The notes below the pieces were generated by a model that worked only from the letters and a program-made list of their open reading frames with translations, was not told the DNA's origin and searched no databases. Of a stretch of DNA of 32,000 nucleotides, positions 8,187 to 28,905 are shown in pieces. The stretch's first letter is position 1. Every line of letters begins with the position of its first letter. The stretch comes from Longivirga aurantiaca (GTDB lineage Bacteria; Actinomycetota; Actinomycetes; S36-B12; CAIYMF01): assembly GCF_042660085.1 (NCBI RefSeq), contig NZ_JBHSTI010000008.1, forward strand, positions 180,001 to 212,000. The letters run 5' to 3'. Both the position numbers and the translations under genes were made by a program.

Positions 8187-9095
8187 GTGTCCGAGCCCAC
8201 GTACGACGCCCTGCCCGACGAGCCTGCGCTCGCCGACAGCGGCAGCGTCGACGTCGAGGACGCCGCTGACGCGCCCGCCGCCACCTTCAGCGACGTCGTC
8301 CCCGCCGACGTCACCCCGGCCCCGGCCGAGGACGACGCGGCCGACGAGGACGACGCCGAGGTCGAGGCTGCCGAGGAGACCCCCGAGGTCGAGGCTGCCG
8401 AGGAGACCCCCGAGGCCCAGGCCGTCGGGGAGACCCCGGAGGCCGACGCCCCCGAGGCCCCCGCAGCCGCGGAGCCCGAGGTCCTGGCCGTCGACGACGA
8501 GACCGACCCGGTCGAGGCCTTCCGCGAGCGGATGCGCACCGAGCTCGGCGACTGGTACGTGATCCACAGCTACGCCGGCTACGAGAACAAGGTCAAGACC
8601 AACCTCGAGAGCCGCATCTCCTCCCTGAACATGGAGGACCTCATCTTCCAGTGCGAGGTCCCCATGGAGGAGGTCACCGAGATCAAGAACGGCCAGCGCA
8701 AGCTGGTGCGGCGCAACAAGTTCCCGGGCTACGTCCTCGTCCGCATGGACCTCACGGACGCCTCCTGGGGCACGGTCCGGCACACGCCGGGCGTCACCGG
8801 CTTCGTCGGTCACGGGCACCAGCCCGCGCCGCTGAGCCTGGACGAGGTCGTCAGCATCCTCGCCCCGGTCCCGGAGAAGAAGCCCGGCTCCCCGGCCGCC
8901 GCCGCGGCCGGCGAGGTGATCACCGTCGACTTCTCGGTCGGCGACTCGGTCACCGTCATCGACGGTCCCTTCGCGACGCTCCACGCCACGGTCTCCGAGA
9001 TCAACGTGGACGCCCAGAAGGTCACCGGCCTGGTGGAGATCTTCGGCCGCGAGACTCCGGTCGAGCTCGGTTTCAACCAGATCCAGAAGAACTAG
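8187..9095 (+). CDS. nusG: transcription termination/antitermination protein NusG
   Basis: GTG start. Acidic N-terminal extension, then [22 protein letters not shown]...FPGYVLVRM...TPGVTGFVG, and KOW region [23 protein letters not shown]. Confidence 0.97.
   Translation: MSEPTYDALPDEPALADSGSVDVEDAADAPAATFSDVVPADVTPAPAEDDAADEDDAEVEAAEETPEVEAAEETPEAQAVGETPEADAPEAPAAAEPEVLAVDDETDPVEAFRERMRTELGDWYVIHSYAGYENKVKTNLESRISSLNMEDLIFQCEVPMEEVTEIKNGQRKLVRRNKFPGYVLVRMDLTDASWGTVRHTPGVTGFVGHGHQPAPLSLDEVVSILAPVPEKKPGSPAAAAAGEVITVDFSVGDSVTVIDGPFATLHATVSEINVDAQKVTGLVEIFGRETPVELGFNQIQKN
8358..8438 (+). repeat. 27-nt tandem repeat inside nusG encoding EVEAAEETP
   Basis: GAGGTCGAGGCTGCCGAGGAGACCCCC is repeated identically at 8358-8384 and 8385-8411, with a diverged third unit at 8412-8438. 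Confidence 0.85.
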
Positions 9096-9148
9096 GCGTC
9101 CGGCCCGCCCAGGCCGTCCGCACCCATCACGAGCAAGGACCCGAACGC

Positions 9149-9580
9149 ATGCCCCCGAAGAAGAAGGTCTCCGGCCTGATCAAGCTCCAGATCCAGGCCG
9201 GCGCCGCCAACCCCGCGCCCCCGGTCGGTCCGGCGCTGGGTCAGCACGGCGTCAACATCATGGAGTTCTGCAAGGCCTACAACGCCGCGACCGAGTCGCA
9301 GCGCGGTCAGGTCATCCCCGTCGAGATCACGGTGTACGAGGACCGCTCGTTCACGTTCGTGCTCAAGACCCCGCCGGCTGCCCGCCTGATCCTCAAGGCC
9401 GCGGGCGTCGAGAAGGGCGCGGCGAACCCGAAGACCACCAAGGTCGCCTCGATCACCAAGGCGCAGGTCCGCGAGATCGCCGAGACCAAGATGGCCGACC
9501 TCAACGCCAACGACGTCGACAACGCGATGCTCATCATCGAGGGCACCGCCCGCTCGATGGGCGTCACCGTCACCGACTGA
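9149..9580 (+). CDS. rplK: 50S ribosomal protein L11
   Basis: [48 protein letters not shown], 143 aa. Confidence 0.98.
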   Translation: MPPKKKVSGLIKLQIQAGAANPAPPVGPALGQHGVNIMEFCKAYNAATESQRGQVIPVEITVYEDRSFTFVLKTPPAARLILKAAGVEKGAANPKTTKVASITKAQVREIAETKMADLNANDVDNAMLIIEGTARSMGVTVTD

Positions 9581-9722
9581 CGCGAGCGCCAGCGAGCGTC
9601 GCCGAGGTGACTCGGGACGCCGTCACCGACTGATCTCAGTCACCCGCACGACCAGCACGACGTGGCAGGGCCGAGCGCGGCCCGTCCGACCACGACTCAC
9701 TCGCAACTCCTGAGGAGCAGCA

Positions 9723-10442
9723 ATGAAGCGCAGCAAGGCCTACGCCGCAGGCGCGGAGAGGATCGACCGCGACGCCCTGTACGCACCGCTCGACGCCGTC
9801 CGTCTCGCCCGCGAGACCAACCCCGCGAAGTTCGACGCCACCGTCGAGGTCGCCTTCCGCCTGGGCGTCGACCCGCGCAAGGCCGACCAGATGGTCCGCG
9901 GCACCGTCAACCTCCCGCACGGCACCGGCAAGACCGCTCGGGTCCTGGTCTTCGCCAACGGTGAGAAGGCGGAGGAGGCGCGCGCCGCCGGCGCCGACGT
10001 CGTCGGTGGCGACGAGCTCATCGACAAGGTCGCCGCGGGCTGGACCGACTTCGACGCCGCCGTCTCGACCCCCGACCTCATGGGCAAGGTCGGCCGTCTC
10101 GGCAAGGTGCTGGGCCCGCGCGGCCTCATGCCCAACCCGAAGACCGGCACCGTCACGATGGACGTCGCCAAGGCGGTCACCGAGATCAAGGGCGGCAAGA
10201 TCGAGTTCCGCGTGGACAAGCACTCGAACCTGCACTTCGTGATCGGCAAGGCGTCCTTCTCCGACGAGCAGCTCGTCGAGAACTACGCCGCCGCGCTCGA
10301 CGAGGTGCTGCGTCTCAAGCCGTCCGCCGCCAAGGGCCGCTACCTGAAGAAGGCCACCATCACCACCACGATGGGCCCCGGCGTCCCGGTCGACCCGAAC
10401 CGCACCCGCAACCTCATGTCGGCCGAGGAGGGCTCGGCCTGA
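9723..10442 (+). CDS. rplA: 50S ribosomal protein L1
   Basis: [22 protein letters not shown]...[16 protein letters not shown]...[26 protein letters not shown]. Confidence 0.98.
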   Translation: MKRSKAYAAGAERIDRDALYAPLDAVRLARETNPAKFDATVEVAFRLGVDPRKADQMVRGTVNLPHGTGKTARVLVFANGEKAEEARAAGADVVGGDELIDKVAAGWTDFDAAVSTPDLMGKVGRLGKVLGPRGLMPNPKTGTVTMDVAKAVTEIKGGKIEFRVDKHSNLHFVIGKASFSDEQLVENYAAALDEVLRLKPSAAKGRYLKKATITTTMGPGVPVDPNRTRNLMSAEEGSA

Positions 10443-10504
10443 CGCCGAGCCAGCCCGCACCGCCCGCACGACCCTGATCGACCCGAACACCCCGAACGTC
10501 CGTC

Positions 10505-10539
10505 CTCGGGGCCCACGGATTTTGTCCGCGGGCCCCGAG
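10505..10539 (+). other. strong hairpin between rplA and rplJ
   Basis: 10-bp stem CTCGGGGCCC/GGGCCCCGAG enclosing an A-C mismatch and CGGA/TCCG with a TTTTG loop. No T-tract follows. Confidence 0.75.
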
Positions 10540-10549
10540 CACGTACTCT
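10522..10549 (+). promoter_or_regulatory. weak candidate rplJ promoter
   Basis: TTGTCC (10522-10527), 16-nt spacer, TACTCT (10544-10549). Confidence 0.35.
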
Positions 10550-10559
10550 CATCACGCCG

Positions 10560-10738
10560 AAGACCGCCGGTCGTCGGAGCCCGCAAGGGATCCGACCGAA
10601 GCGTCCGCCGCAAGCGGATGGCCAGCGCAGGTGCCCGTACGACGAACCGCCTCACGGCGGACGCCGCCCCGTGCATCCTGCGCGGGGCTTTTTCTTGTGT
10701 CCGGGGCACTTCTCGGCGGTACCACTGGAAGGAGACCC
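10560..10738 (+). promoter_or_regulatory. probable L10 (rplJ) leader containing an attenuator-like terminator
   Basis: Structured untranslated region before rplJ. It includes TCCGC-CGCAA-GCGGA and GCCCCGTGC-ATCCT-GCGCGGGGC-TTTTT (10666-10693). Confidence 0.6.
10666..10693 (+). terminator. intrinsic terminator/attenuator upstream of rplJ
   Basis: 9-bp stem (one G-U) with a 5-nt loop followed directly by TTTTT. It lies 46 nt before the rplJ ATG. Confidence 0.75.
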
Positions 10739-11476
10739 ATGGCGCGGCCCGACAAGGCAGCCGACGTTGCGGCGATCGCGGAGAACTTCCGCACGTCCAA
10801 CGCCACCGTGCTGACCGAGTACCGCGGACTCACCGTGGCGCAGATGAAGACCCTGCGCCGTTCGCTGGGTGAGACCACCAGCTACGCCGTGGTGAAGAAC
10901 ACGCTGACCAAGATCGCTGCGAAGGACGCGGGCGTCGAGGGTCTCGACGACCTGCTCGCCGGCCCCTCCGCTCTCGCGTTCGTCAAGGGCGACCCGGTCG
11001 AGGCCGCCAAGGGTCTGCGTGACTTCGCCAAGGCAAACCCGCTCCTGGTGATCAAGGGCGGCTACATGGACGGCAAGATGCTGTCCGCCGCCGAGATCTC
11101 CAAGCTCGCGGATCTCGAGTCGCGCGAGGTGCTCCTCGCGAAGCTCGCGGGTGCCATGAAGGCGTCGCTGTCGCAGGCAGCCGCGCTCTTCCAGGCCCCG
11201 CTCGCGCAGGCCGCTCGCACGATCGAGGCTCTGCGTGTCAAGGCCGAGGCCGACCCCTCGGTCATCGGTGGTGCGGGCGCTGCAGCTGCAGCCGCTCCTG
11301 CCGCCGAGGCTGCTCCGGCTGCCGAGGAGGAGCCCGCTGCTGACGCCGCGGACGCCGCCGAGGTCGTCGAGGACGCCGTCGTCGAGACCCCTGAGGCTGC
11401 CGAGGCTCCCGCCGCGGCCGCTGACGAGGTCGTTGCCGAGGCTGCGGCCGAGGCCGGCGAGACCACCGAGGGCTGA
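10739..11476 (+). CDS. rplJ: 50S ribosomal protein L10 with Ala/Glu-rich C-terminal extension
   Basis: [64 protein letters not shown] preceded by GGAGA. Confidence 0.97.
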   Translation: MARPDKAADVAAIAENFRTSNATVLTEYRGLTVAQMKTLRRSLGETTSYAVVKNTLTKIAAKDAGVEGLDDLLAGPSALAFVKGDPVEAAKGLRDFAKANPLLVIKGGYMDGKMLSAAEISKLADLESREVLLAKLAGAMKASLSQAAALFQAPLAQAARTIEALRVKAEADPSVIGGAGAAAAAAPAAEAAPAAEEEPAADAADAAEVVEDAVVETPEAAEAPAAAADEVVAEAAAEAGETTEG

Positions 11477-11546
11477 CGCCCACTCCACCCGAGACGTACG
11501 TCTTGCCCCGGCCGGACGCACAAGAACCAGGAAGGAACGCCGCATC

Positions 11547-11936
11547 ATGGCGAAGCTCAGCACCGACGAGCTCCTTGAGGCCTTCAAGGAGATGACCCTC
11601 ATCGAGCTCTCCGAGTTCGTGAAGCAGTTCGAGGAGACCTTCGAGGTCACCGCCGCCGCTCCCGTCGCCATGGCCGTCGCGCCCGGCGCCGGTGGTGGCG
11701 CTGCCGCCGAGGAGGCCGAGGCTCAGGACGAGTTCGACGTCATCCTCGAGGACGCCGGCGACAAGAAGATCCAGGTCATCAAGGAGGTGCGCACCCTCAC
11801 GAACCTGGGCCTCAAGGAGGCCAAGGACCTCGTCGAGGCCGCGCCGAAGGCCGTCCTGGAGAAGGTCAAGAAGGACGACGCCGACAAGGCCAAGGAGGCC
11901 CTCGAGGCCGCTGGCGCCAAGGTCACCGTCAAGTAG
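11547..11936 (+). CDS. rplL: 50S ribosomal protein L7/L12
   Basis: [34 protein letters not shown]...[22 protein letters not shown]...[16 protein letters not shown]. Confidence 0.98.
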   Translation: MAKLSTDELLEAFKEMTLIELSEFVKQFEETFEVTAAAPVAMAVAPGAGGGAAAEEAEAQDEFDVILEDAGDKKIQVIKEVRTLTNLGLKEAKDLVEAAPKAVLEKVKKDDADKAKEALEAAGAKVTVK

Positions 11937-11982
11937 TTCCGGCCTCCGGGATCACTGCTCGACCTGCTCCACCGCACTGCTC

Positions 11983-12018
11983 GAACGGGCGGCACCCCAC
12001 CAGGGGTGCCGCCCGTTC
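11983..12018 (+). terminator. strong hairpin downstream of rplL
   Basis: Perfect 16-bp stem GAACGGGCGGCACCCC-ACCA-GGGGTGCCGCCCGTTC. No long T-tract. Confidence 0.8.
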
Positions 12019-12293
12019 TGCCGTCCCCAGGGCACCCGTCCGGCGGGGCCCTCGTGCTCGAACGTCCGGATATCGGGGAGCGGCGGGTCACGAACAGGCG
12101 AACTTGTCCACCGGAGGGGCGCCCGGTGCTTGACTCCCCGCCCCCACTGCGGTCACCATCGGACCGCGCTAGAACCCCCGGGCGGGACGCCCGTGGGACG
12201 AGGTCCGCCCCGTGCGAGCCGCCTACCGCCCGCTGTCGAGCGGGGGCAGGCTCCGGGTCGAGACGATGTCCTGCGGAGGCCGACGACCGGGAC

Positions 12294-12323
12294 TCGACAG
12301 CAGCACGCCCTCACGGGTATGCT
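12294..12323 (+). promoter_or_regulatory. candidate rpoB promoter
   Basis: TCGACA (12294-12299), 18-nt spacer, TATGCT (12318-12323), about 97 nt before the rpoB start. Confidence 0.4.
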
Positions 12324-12419
12324 GCCGCTTTGCGCTGTCCTTTCCCTGCCGTGCCCACTGGACACGGCGTGATCGGCGTGCGCGCTCGTAGGTCCGCGAA
12401 GCCTCGGAAAGGATGCCTC

Positions 12420-15890
<3,471 letters not shown>

Positions 15891-15973
15891 GCCGCTGCGG
15901 CGGTCGGCTCACCAGCCGGCCGCCGCGCCCTCGGACACCTGACGAGACCGAACCACGAGTGAGGACATAACAC

Positions 15974-19849
<3,876 letters not shown>

Positions 19850-19913
19850 GGCCGAGCGGAGGGCGCGAGCCGAGGAACGAGGCTCAGGCGCTCTCCCGAG
19901 GCCGAAGCACGTT

Positions 19914-19932
19914 CGCGATGCGAAGCATCGCG
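19914..19932 (+). repeat. palindrome downstream of rpoC
   Basis: CGCGATGC-GAA-GCATCGCG perfect 8-bp stem. Confidence 0.7.
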
Positions 19933-19940
19933 TTACCGGG

Positions 19941-19996
19941 TGAAGCCGAAAGGCTGAAGCCGAAAGGCTGAAGCCCAAAGGCTGAAGACCACGGGC
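19941..19996 (+). repeat. degenerate 14-nt tandem repeat, about 4 units
   Basis: TGAAGCCGAAAGGC, TGAAGCCGAAAGGC, TGAAGCCCAAAGGC, TGAAGACCACGGGC, then partial TGAGGCCC. Confidence 0.85.
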
Positions 19997-20014
19997 TGAG
20001 GCCCACTGAACGGC

Positions 20015-20054
20015 CCGAGAGGGGCGTCCCGCGCGAGCGGGGCGCCCCTCTCGG
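20015..20054 (+). terminator. long hairpin terminating the rpoBC transcript
   Basis: 12-bp stem CCGAGAGGGGCG/CGCCCCTCTCGG extended inward by a T-G wobble and CCCG/CGGG. No T-tract. Confidence 0.7.
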
Positions 20055-20170
20055 CGTGCGGGGGCTTGCGGGAGGCGCCGGGCACCCTGCGCGCCTGCCG
20101 TGCCAGCAGAGGCGGGTTCCCGGCGTTTTCCTGCGGGCCCTGGAGGAGCGGCCGTGGCAGGGTGGTCCGC

Positions 20171-20497
20171 ATGTCCGACCAGGTCCCTCCGCCCCCCGGC
20201 CACGTGCCGGAGCCCGTCCCGGTCGCCCTGCCGCGCACCTCGTCCAACGCCGTGGTCGCCGTGGTGCTCGCGATCTGCTCGTACCTCGCCTGCCCGGTCG
20301 TCGCCGCGGTCGTGGCCCTGTTCCTCGCCGGCGCGGCCGAGCGCGAGATCAAGGCCTCGGGGGGCTGGGTGACCGGCGAGGGCCTCGTGAAGGGGGCGCG
20401 GATCGCCGCGTGGATCAACATCGCGCTGACCGTCCTCGTGCTGCTGTTCATCGTGCTCGTGCTGGCGGCGGCGCGTACCACCTCGACCGTGAGCTAG
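20171..20497 (+). CDS. small DUF4190-like membrane protein
   Basis: MSDQVPPPPGHVPEPVPVALPRTSSNAVVAVVLAICSYLACPVVAAVVALFLAGAAEREIKASGGWVTGEGLVKGARIAAWINIALTVLVLLFIVLVLAAART. Pro-rich N-terminus and two TM segments. Confidence 0.8.
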   Translation: MSDQVPPPPGHVPEPVPVALPRTSSNAVVAVVLAICSYLACPVVAAVVALFLAGAAEREIKASGGWVTGEGLVKGARIAAWINIALTVLVLLFIVLVLAAARTTSTVS

Positions 20498-20582
20498 TTC
20501 ACCGATATCAGGACGGAATCGTCCGATGAGCAGGGCGTGAGCAGGGACACGCCGTACGGGACCCCGAGGAGGGGTCACCGTT

Positions 20583-20612
20583 TTGACCCCAGCCTCCGGG
20601 CCTGGGTAGTCT
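20583..20612 (+). promoter_or_regulatory. candidate promoter of the str operon (rpsL-rpsG-fusA)
   Basis: TTGACC (20583-20588), 18-nt spacer, TAGTCT (20607-20612), about 210 nt upstream of rpsL. Confidence 0.6.
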
Positions 20613-20823
20613 CTCTCCCTGTGCCTGGGCGAGTCCCGGGTGCCTGCGCGCGTGCGCGGCCCGCTTTCGTGGCCTCGTCGCACGGCTGACCTCCATATCG
20701 GGAGACTGCGTCGCTGCCCGCAAGGGCACACAGCGACACGCCCGAGCGCGGGGGTCGGTGCACCAGGCACCTTGGAACCGCTCGGGACGACCGAGAAACG
20801 TCAGCGAACACGACGGAGACGCA

Positions 20824-21198
20824 GTGCCCACGATCCAGCAGCTGGTCCGCAAGGGCCGGCAGGACAAGGTCTCGAAGAACAAGACCCCCGCGCTCAAGGG
20901 AAGCCCCCAGCGCCGGGGCGTCTGCACGCGCGTCTACACGACGACCCCGAAGAAGCCGAACTCGGCTCTTCGCAAGGTCGCTCGCGTCCGCCTCACCAGC
21001 GGCATCGAGGTCACCGCGTACATCCCCGGTGTGGGCCACAACCTCCAGGAGCACTCGATCGTGCTCGTCCGCGGTGGTCGTGTGAAGGACCTCCCCGGTG
21101 TCCGCTACAAGATCATCCGCGGCGCGCTCGACACCCAGGGCGTCAAGAACCGCAAGCAGGCTCGCAGCCGTTACGGCGCGAAGAAGGAGAAGAGCTGA
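20824..21198 (+). CDS. rpsL: 30S ribosomal protein S12
   Basis: GTG start. [68 protein letters not shown]. Confidence 0.98.
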   Translation: MPTIQQLVRKGRQDKVSKNKTPALKGSPQRRGVCTRVYTTTPKKPNSALRKVARVRLTSGIEVTAYIPGVGHNLQEHSIVLVRGGRVKDLPGVRYKIIRGALDTQGVKNRKQARSRYGAKKEKS

Positions 21199-21668
21199 TG
21201 CCTCGCAAGGGCCCCGCTCCGAAGCGTCCGATCGTCGTCGACCCCGTCTACGGCTCGCCGCTCGTCACGCAGCTGATCAACAAGGTGCTGCTCGACGGCA
21301 AGAAGTCCACCGCTGAGCGCATCGTGTACGGCGCGCTCGAGGGCTGCCGTGAGAAGACCGGCACCGACCCGGTCGTCACGCTCAAGCGCGCGATGGACAA
21401 CGTCAAGCCGACCCTCGAGGTCCGCAGCCGCCGCGTCGGCGGTGCGACCTACCAGGTCCCCGTCGAGGTGCGTCCCGGCCGCAGCACCACGCTCGCGCTG
21501 CGCTGGCTCATCACCTTCTCGCGCCAGCGTCGTGAGAAGACCATGACCGAGCGCCTCATGAACGAGCTGCTCGACGCCAGCAACGGCCTCGGCGCCAGCG
21601 TCAAGCGCCGCGAGGACATGCACAAGATGGCCGAGTCCAACAAGGCTTTCGCGCACTACCGCTGGTAG
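21198..21668 (+). CDS. rpsG: 30S ribosomal protein S7
   Basis: [53 protein letters not shown] overlap with rpsL. Confidence 0.98.
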   Translation: MPRKGPAPKRPIVVDPVYGSPLVTQLINKVLLDGKKSTAERIVYGALEGCREKTGTDPVVTLKRAMDNVKPTLEVRSRRVGGATYQVPVEVRPGRSTTLALRWLITFSRQRREKTMTERLMNELLDASNGLGASVKRREDMHKMAESNKAFAHYRW

Positions 21669-21731
21669 ACCCGCCGCCCCTCGCGAGCAGCACCCAGACC
21701 CACAGACCACTTCGGATTCGGAGCCCTCACC

Positions 21732-23840
<2,109 letters not shown>

Positions 23841-23988
23841 TACTCGCCGGGCACCCCGGGGTGATCGACCGCGCCAGCGTGAGAGAGCCCGCCCAGCACG
23901 ACCAGCAACACCAGCTCCACCCAAGACAACTGATCACCAGGACCTACGTCGTACGGCGTAAATCATCCGCAGTCCACAGGAGGACACC

Positions 23989-25182
<1,194 letters not shown>

Positions 25183-25196
25183 CACCCCTGGCGACA

Positions 25197-25232
25197 GCGG
25201 TCGGGCCTGACCGAGAGCGAAGGCCCGACCGC
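25197..25232 (+). terminator. hairpin downstream of tuf
   Basis: 12-bp stem GCGGTCGGGCCT/AGGCCCGACCGC with a 12-nt loop. No T-tract. Confidence 0.65.
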
Positions 25233-25309
25233 GTCCCACCGGGACGCCTCCCTCACCGGGAGTCGCCCCATCCCAGCGGCACACGAAAGAGAAGGACACC
25301 GAAGCCATC

Positions 25310-25618
25310 ATGGCGGGACAGAAGATCCGCATCCGGCTCAAGGCCTACGACCACGAGGTCATCGACTCCTCGGCGCGCAAGATCGTCGAGACGGTGACGC
25401 GTACTGGTGCGCAGGTTGCGGGCCCGGTGCCGCTGCCGACGGAGAAGAACGTCTACTGCGTCATCCGCTCGCCGCACAAGTACAAGGACAGCCGCGAGCA
25501 CTTTGAGATGCGCACCCACAAGCGCCTCATCGACATCCTCGACCCCACGCCGAAGACCGTCGACTCGCTGATGCGACTCGACCTCCCGGCCGGTGTCGAC
25601 ATCGAGATCAAGCTCTGA
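25310..25618 (+). CDS. rpsJ: 30S ribosomal protein S10
   Basis: [76 protein letters not shown]. Confidence 0.98.
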   Translation: MAGQKIRIRLKAYDHEVIDSSARKIVETVTRTGAQVAGPVPLPTEKNVYCVIRSPHKYKDSREHFEMRTHKRLIDILDPTPKTVDSLMRLDLPAGVDIEIKL

Positions 25619-25632
25619 GGAACGTAGCCACC

Positions 25633-26277
25633 ATGAGCAAGCAGATGAAGGGGTTGCTGGGCGAGAAGCTCGGTATGACCCAGGTCTGGGACGAGAACAA
25701 TCGCGTCGTCCCCGTGACCGTGGTCAAGGCCGGGCCCTGTGTCGTCACGCAGATCAAGACCCCCGAGCAGGACGGCTACAGCTCCGTCCAGATCGCGTTC
25801 GGCGCCGTCGACCCGCGCAAGGTGAACAAGCCGGCTACCGGCCACTTCACCAAGGCGGGCGTCACGCCGCGTCGCCACCTGGTCGAGCTGCGTACCGACG
25901 ACGCGTCCGAGTACGCCGTCGGTCAGGAGCTCGTCGTCGACACGTTCGAGGCCGGTCAGGTCATCGACGTCGTCGGCACGACCAAGGGCAAGGGCTACGC
26001 CGGTGTCATGAAGCGTCACGGCTTCCACGGCGTCGGCGCCTCCCACGGTGCGCACCGCAACCACCGCAAGCCGGGCTCCATCGGCGGCTGCGCGACCCCC
26101 GGCCGTGTCTTCAAGGGCATGCGCATGGCGGGCCGCATGGGTGTTGCGCGCCAGACCACCCAGAACCTCACGATCCACGCGGTGGACGCCGAGAACGGCC
26201 TCATCCTGATCAAGGGTGCGGTTCCCGGTCCCAAGGGCGGCCTCGTGCTCGTCCGCACGTCCGCGAAGGGGGCCTGA
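25633..26277 (+). CDS. rplC: 50S ribosomal protein L3
   Basis: [39 protein letters not shown] and [43 protein letters not shown]. Confidence 0.98.
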   Translation: MSKQMKGLLGEKLGMTQVWDENNRVVPVTVVKAGPCVVTQIKTPEQDGYSSVQIAFGAVDPRKVNKPATGHFTKAGVTPRRHLVELRTDDASEYAVGQELVVDTFEAGQVIDVVGTTKGKGYAGVMKRHGFHGVGASHGAHRNHRKPGSIGGCATPGRVFKGMRMAGRMGVARQTTQNLTIHAVDAENGLILIKGAVPGPKGGLVLVRTSAKGA

Positions 26278-26281
26278 CCTC

Positions 26282-27001
26282 ATGGCCAAGCTCGACACCG
26301 CTGAGCTCCCCGAGGTCACCTCGGTCGAGATCAAGACGCCGGCCGGCAAGGCCGCGGGCACCGCTGACCTCCCCTCCGAGGTCTTCGGCGTCCAGGTCAA
26401 CGTGCCGCTGATCCACCAGGTCGTCGTCGCGCAGCTCGCTGCCGCCCGTCAGGGCACGCACGACACCAAGAGCCGCGGCGAGGTCCGCGGTGGTGGTCGC
26501 AAGCCGTACAAGCAGAAGGGCACCGGTCGTGCCCGTCAGGGCTCGACCCGCGCGCCGCAGTTCACCGGCGGTGGCGTGGTCCACGGCCCGACGCCGCGCG
26601 ACTACTCCCAGCGCACGCCCAAGAAGATGAAGGCTGCCGCACTTCGCGGTGCCCTGTCGGACCGCGCCCGCAACGGCCGCGTCCACGTCGTCACGGGCAT
26701 CGTCGAGGGGGAGACCCCCTCGACCAAGGCCGCCGTGCAGGCCCTGGCCGCGATCAGCGACCGCCGCAACCTGCTCGTCGTGCTCGAGCGCGAGGACGAC
26801 GTTTCGTGGCTCTCGCTGCGCAACGTGCCGAGCGTCCACCTGCTCGTGCACGACCAGCTCAACACCTACGACGTGCTCGTGAGCGACGACGTCATCTTCA
26901 CCCAGGGCGCGCTCGCCGCGTTCGTCGCCGGTCCCAAGACCGGCAAGGGTGCGAAGGCTGTCGCAACCGAGTCCGAGGCGAACGAGGAGGCTTCGCAGTG
27001 A
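26282..27001 (+). CDS. rplD: 50S ribosomal protein L4
   Basis: Start after rplC; [52 protein letters not shown]. Confidence 0.97.
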   Translation: MAKLDTAELPEVTSVEIKTPAGKAAGTADLPSEVFGVQVNVPLIHQVVVAQLAAARQGTHDTKSRGEVRGGGRKPYKQKGTGRARQGSTRAPQFTGGGVVHGPTPRDYSQRTPKKMKAAALRGALSDRARNGRVHVVTGIVEGETPSTKAAVQALAAISDRRNLLVVLEREDDVSWLSLRNVPSVHLLVHDQLNTYDVLVSDDVIFTQGALAAFVAGPKTGKGAKAVATESEANEEASQ

Positions 27002-27300
27002 GCCGCATCAGCGACCCGCGCGACATCCTGCTCGCGCCCGTCATCTCCGAGAAGAGCTACGGCCTCCTCGACGAGAACAAGTACACGTTCATCGTGTCGC
27101 CCGACGCCAACAAGACCCAGATCAAGATCGCGGTCGAGCAGGTCTTCGGCGTCAAGGTGACCGGCGTGAACACGATCAACCGCCAGGGCAAGCGCACGCG
27201 TACGCGCACCGGGTTCGGCAAGCGTGCCGACACCAAGCGCGCCATCGTGAGCCTCGCTGACGGCGACCGCATCGACATCTTCGGCGGTCCGGTCTCCTGA
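26998..27300 (+). CDS. rplW: 50S ribosomal protein L23
   Basis: GTGA overlap with rpl[55 protein letters not shown]. Confidence 0.97.
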   Translation: MSRISDPRDILLAPVISEKSYGLLDENKYTFIVSPDANKTQIKIAVEQVFGVKVTGVNTINRQGKRTRTRTGFGKRADTKRAIVSLADGDRIDIFGGPVS

Positions 27301-27335
27301 CCGGGCACCCGTAACCGACGAGGAAGAGAAACCCG

Positions 27336-28172
<837 letters not shown>

Positions 28173-28186
28173 GGGAGCACCACCTC

Positions 28187-28468
28187 ATGCCTCGCAGCCT
28201 GAAGAAGGGCCCCTTCATCGACGGCCACCTCGCCAAGAAGGTGGACGATCAGAACGCCAAGGGGACCAAGAACGTCATCAAGACCTGGTCGCGTCGTTCG
28301 ATGATCTCGCCGGACATGCTCGGCCACACCATCGCGGTGCACGACGGTCGCAAGCACATCCCGGTCTTCGTGACCGAGAACATGATCGGCCACAAGCTCG
28401 GTGAGTTCGCGCCCACCCGCACGTTCCGTGGCCACATCAAGGACGACCGCAAGGCGCGCCGCCGCTAA
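28187..28468 (+). CDS. rpsS: 30S ribosomal protein S19
   Basis: [83 protein letters not shown]. Confidence 0.98.
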   Translation: MPRSLKKGPFIDGHLAKKVDDQNAKGTKNVIKTWSRRSMISPDMLGHTIAVHDGRKHIPVFVTENMIGHKLGEFAPTRTFRGHIKDDRKARRR

Positions 28469-28538
28469 AGCACGGCGGCACGTCACCGAGCACGACCACA
28501 CGATCCGAACAAGTACGACGACCAGCAAGGGGACAGCG

Positions 28539-28898
28539 ATGGAAGCCAGGGCCCAGGCGCGCTACGTGCGCGTCACGCCCATGAAGGCACGCCGCGTCAT
28601 CGACCTCATCCGCGGCCTGCCGGCCGCCGAGGCACAGGCGGTGCTGCACTTCGCGCCGCAGGCAGCGAGCGAGCCCGTGGGCAAGGTGCTTGACAGCGCT
28701 ATCGCCAACGCGACGAACAACTTCAACCTCGACCCGGACACCCTGGTCGTGCGTGAGGCGTACGTGGACGAGGGCCCGACCCTGAAGCGGTTCCGTCCGC
28801 GTGCCCAGGGTCGTGCGTACCGCATCCGCAAGCGCACCAGCCACATCACCGTCGTCGTCGAGTCGGTCACCGCCGACTCGGCGCGGAAGAAGGGGTGA
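28539..28898 (+). CDS. rplV: 50S ribosomal protein L22
   Basis: [61 protein letters not shown]. The ORF track extends upstream spuriously. Confidence 0.97.
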   Translation: MEARAQARYVRVTPMKARRVIDLIRGLPAAEAQAVLHFAPQAASEPVGKVLDSAIANATNNFNLDPDTLVVREAYVDEGPTLKRFRPRAQGRAYRIRKRTSHITVVVESVTADSARKKG

Positions 28899-28905
28899 CC
28901 CGGCC

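Noticed and set aside
10631-10738. N-terminal extension of the rplJ ORF starting at 10631
   Set aside because: It would translate through the intrinsic terminator/leader. The ATG at 10739 has a Shine-Dalgarno GGAG and matches the L10 N-terminus.
12006-12419. N-terminal extension of the rpoB ORF to 12006
   Set aside because: The extension covers the rplL terminator arm and the promoter region. Actinobacterial RpoB begins (M)AASR..., matching the TTG at 12420.
19941-19996. Tandem repeats considered as a CRISPR array
   Set aside because: 14-nt units are directly adjacent without spacers, and no cas genes are present.
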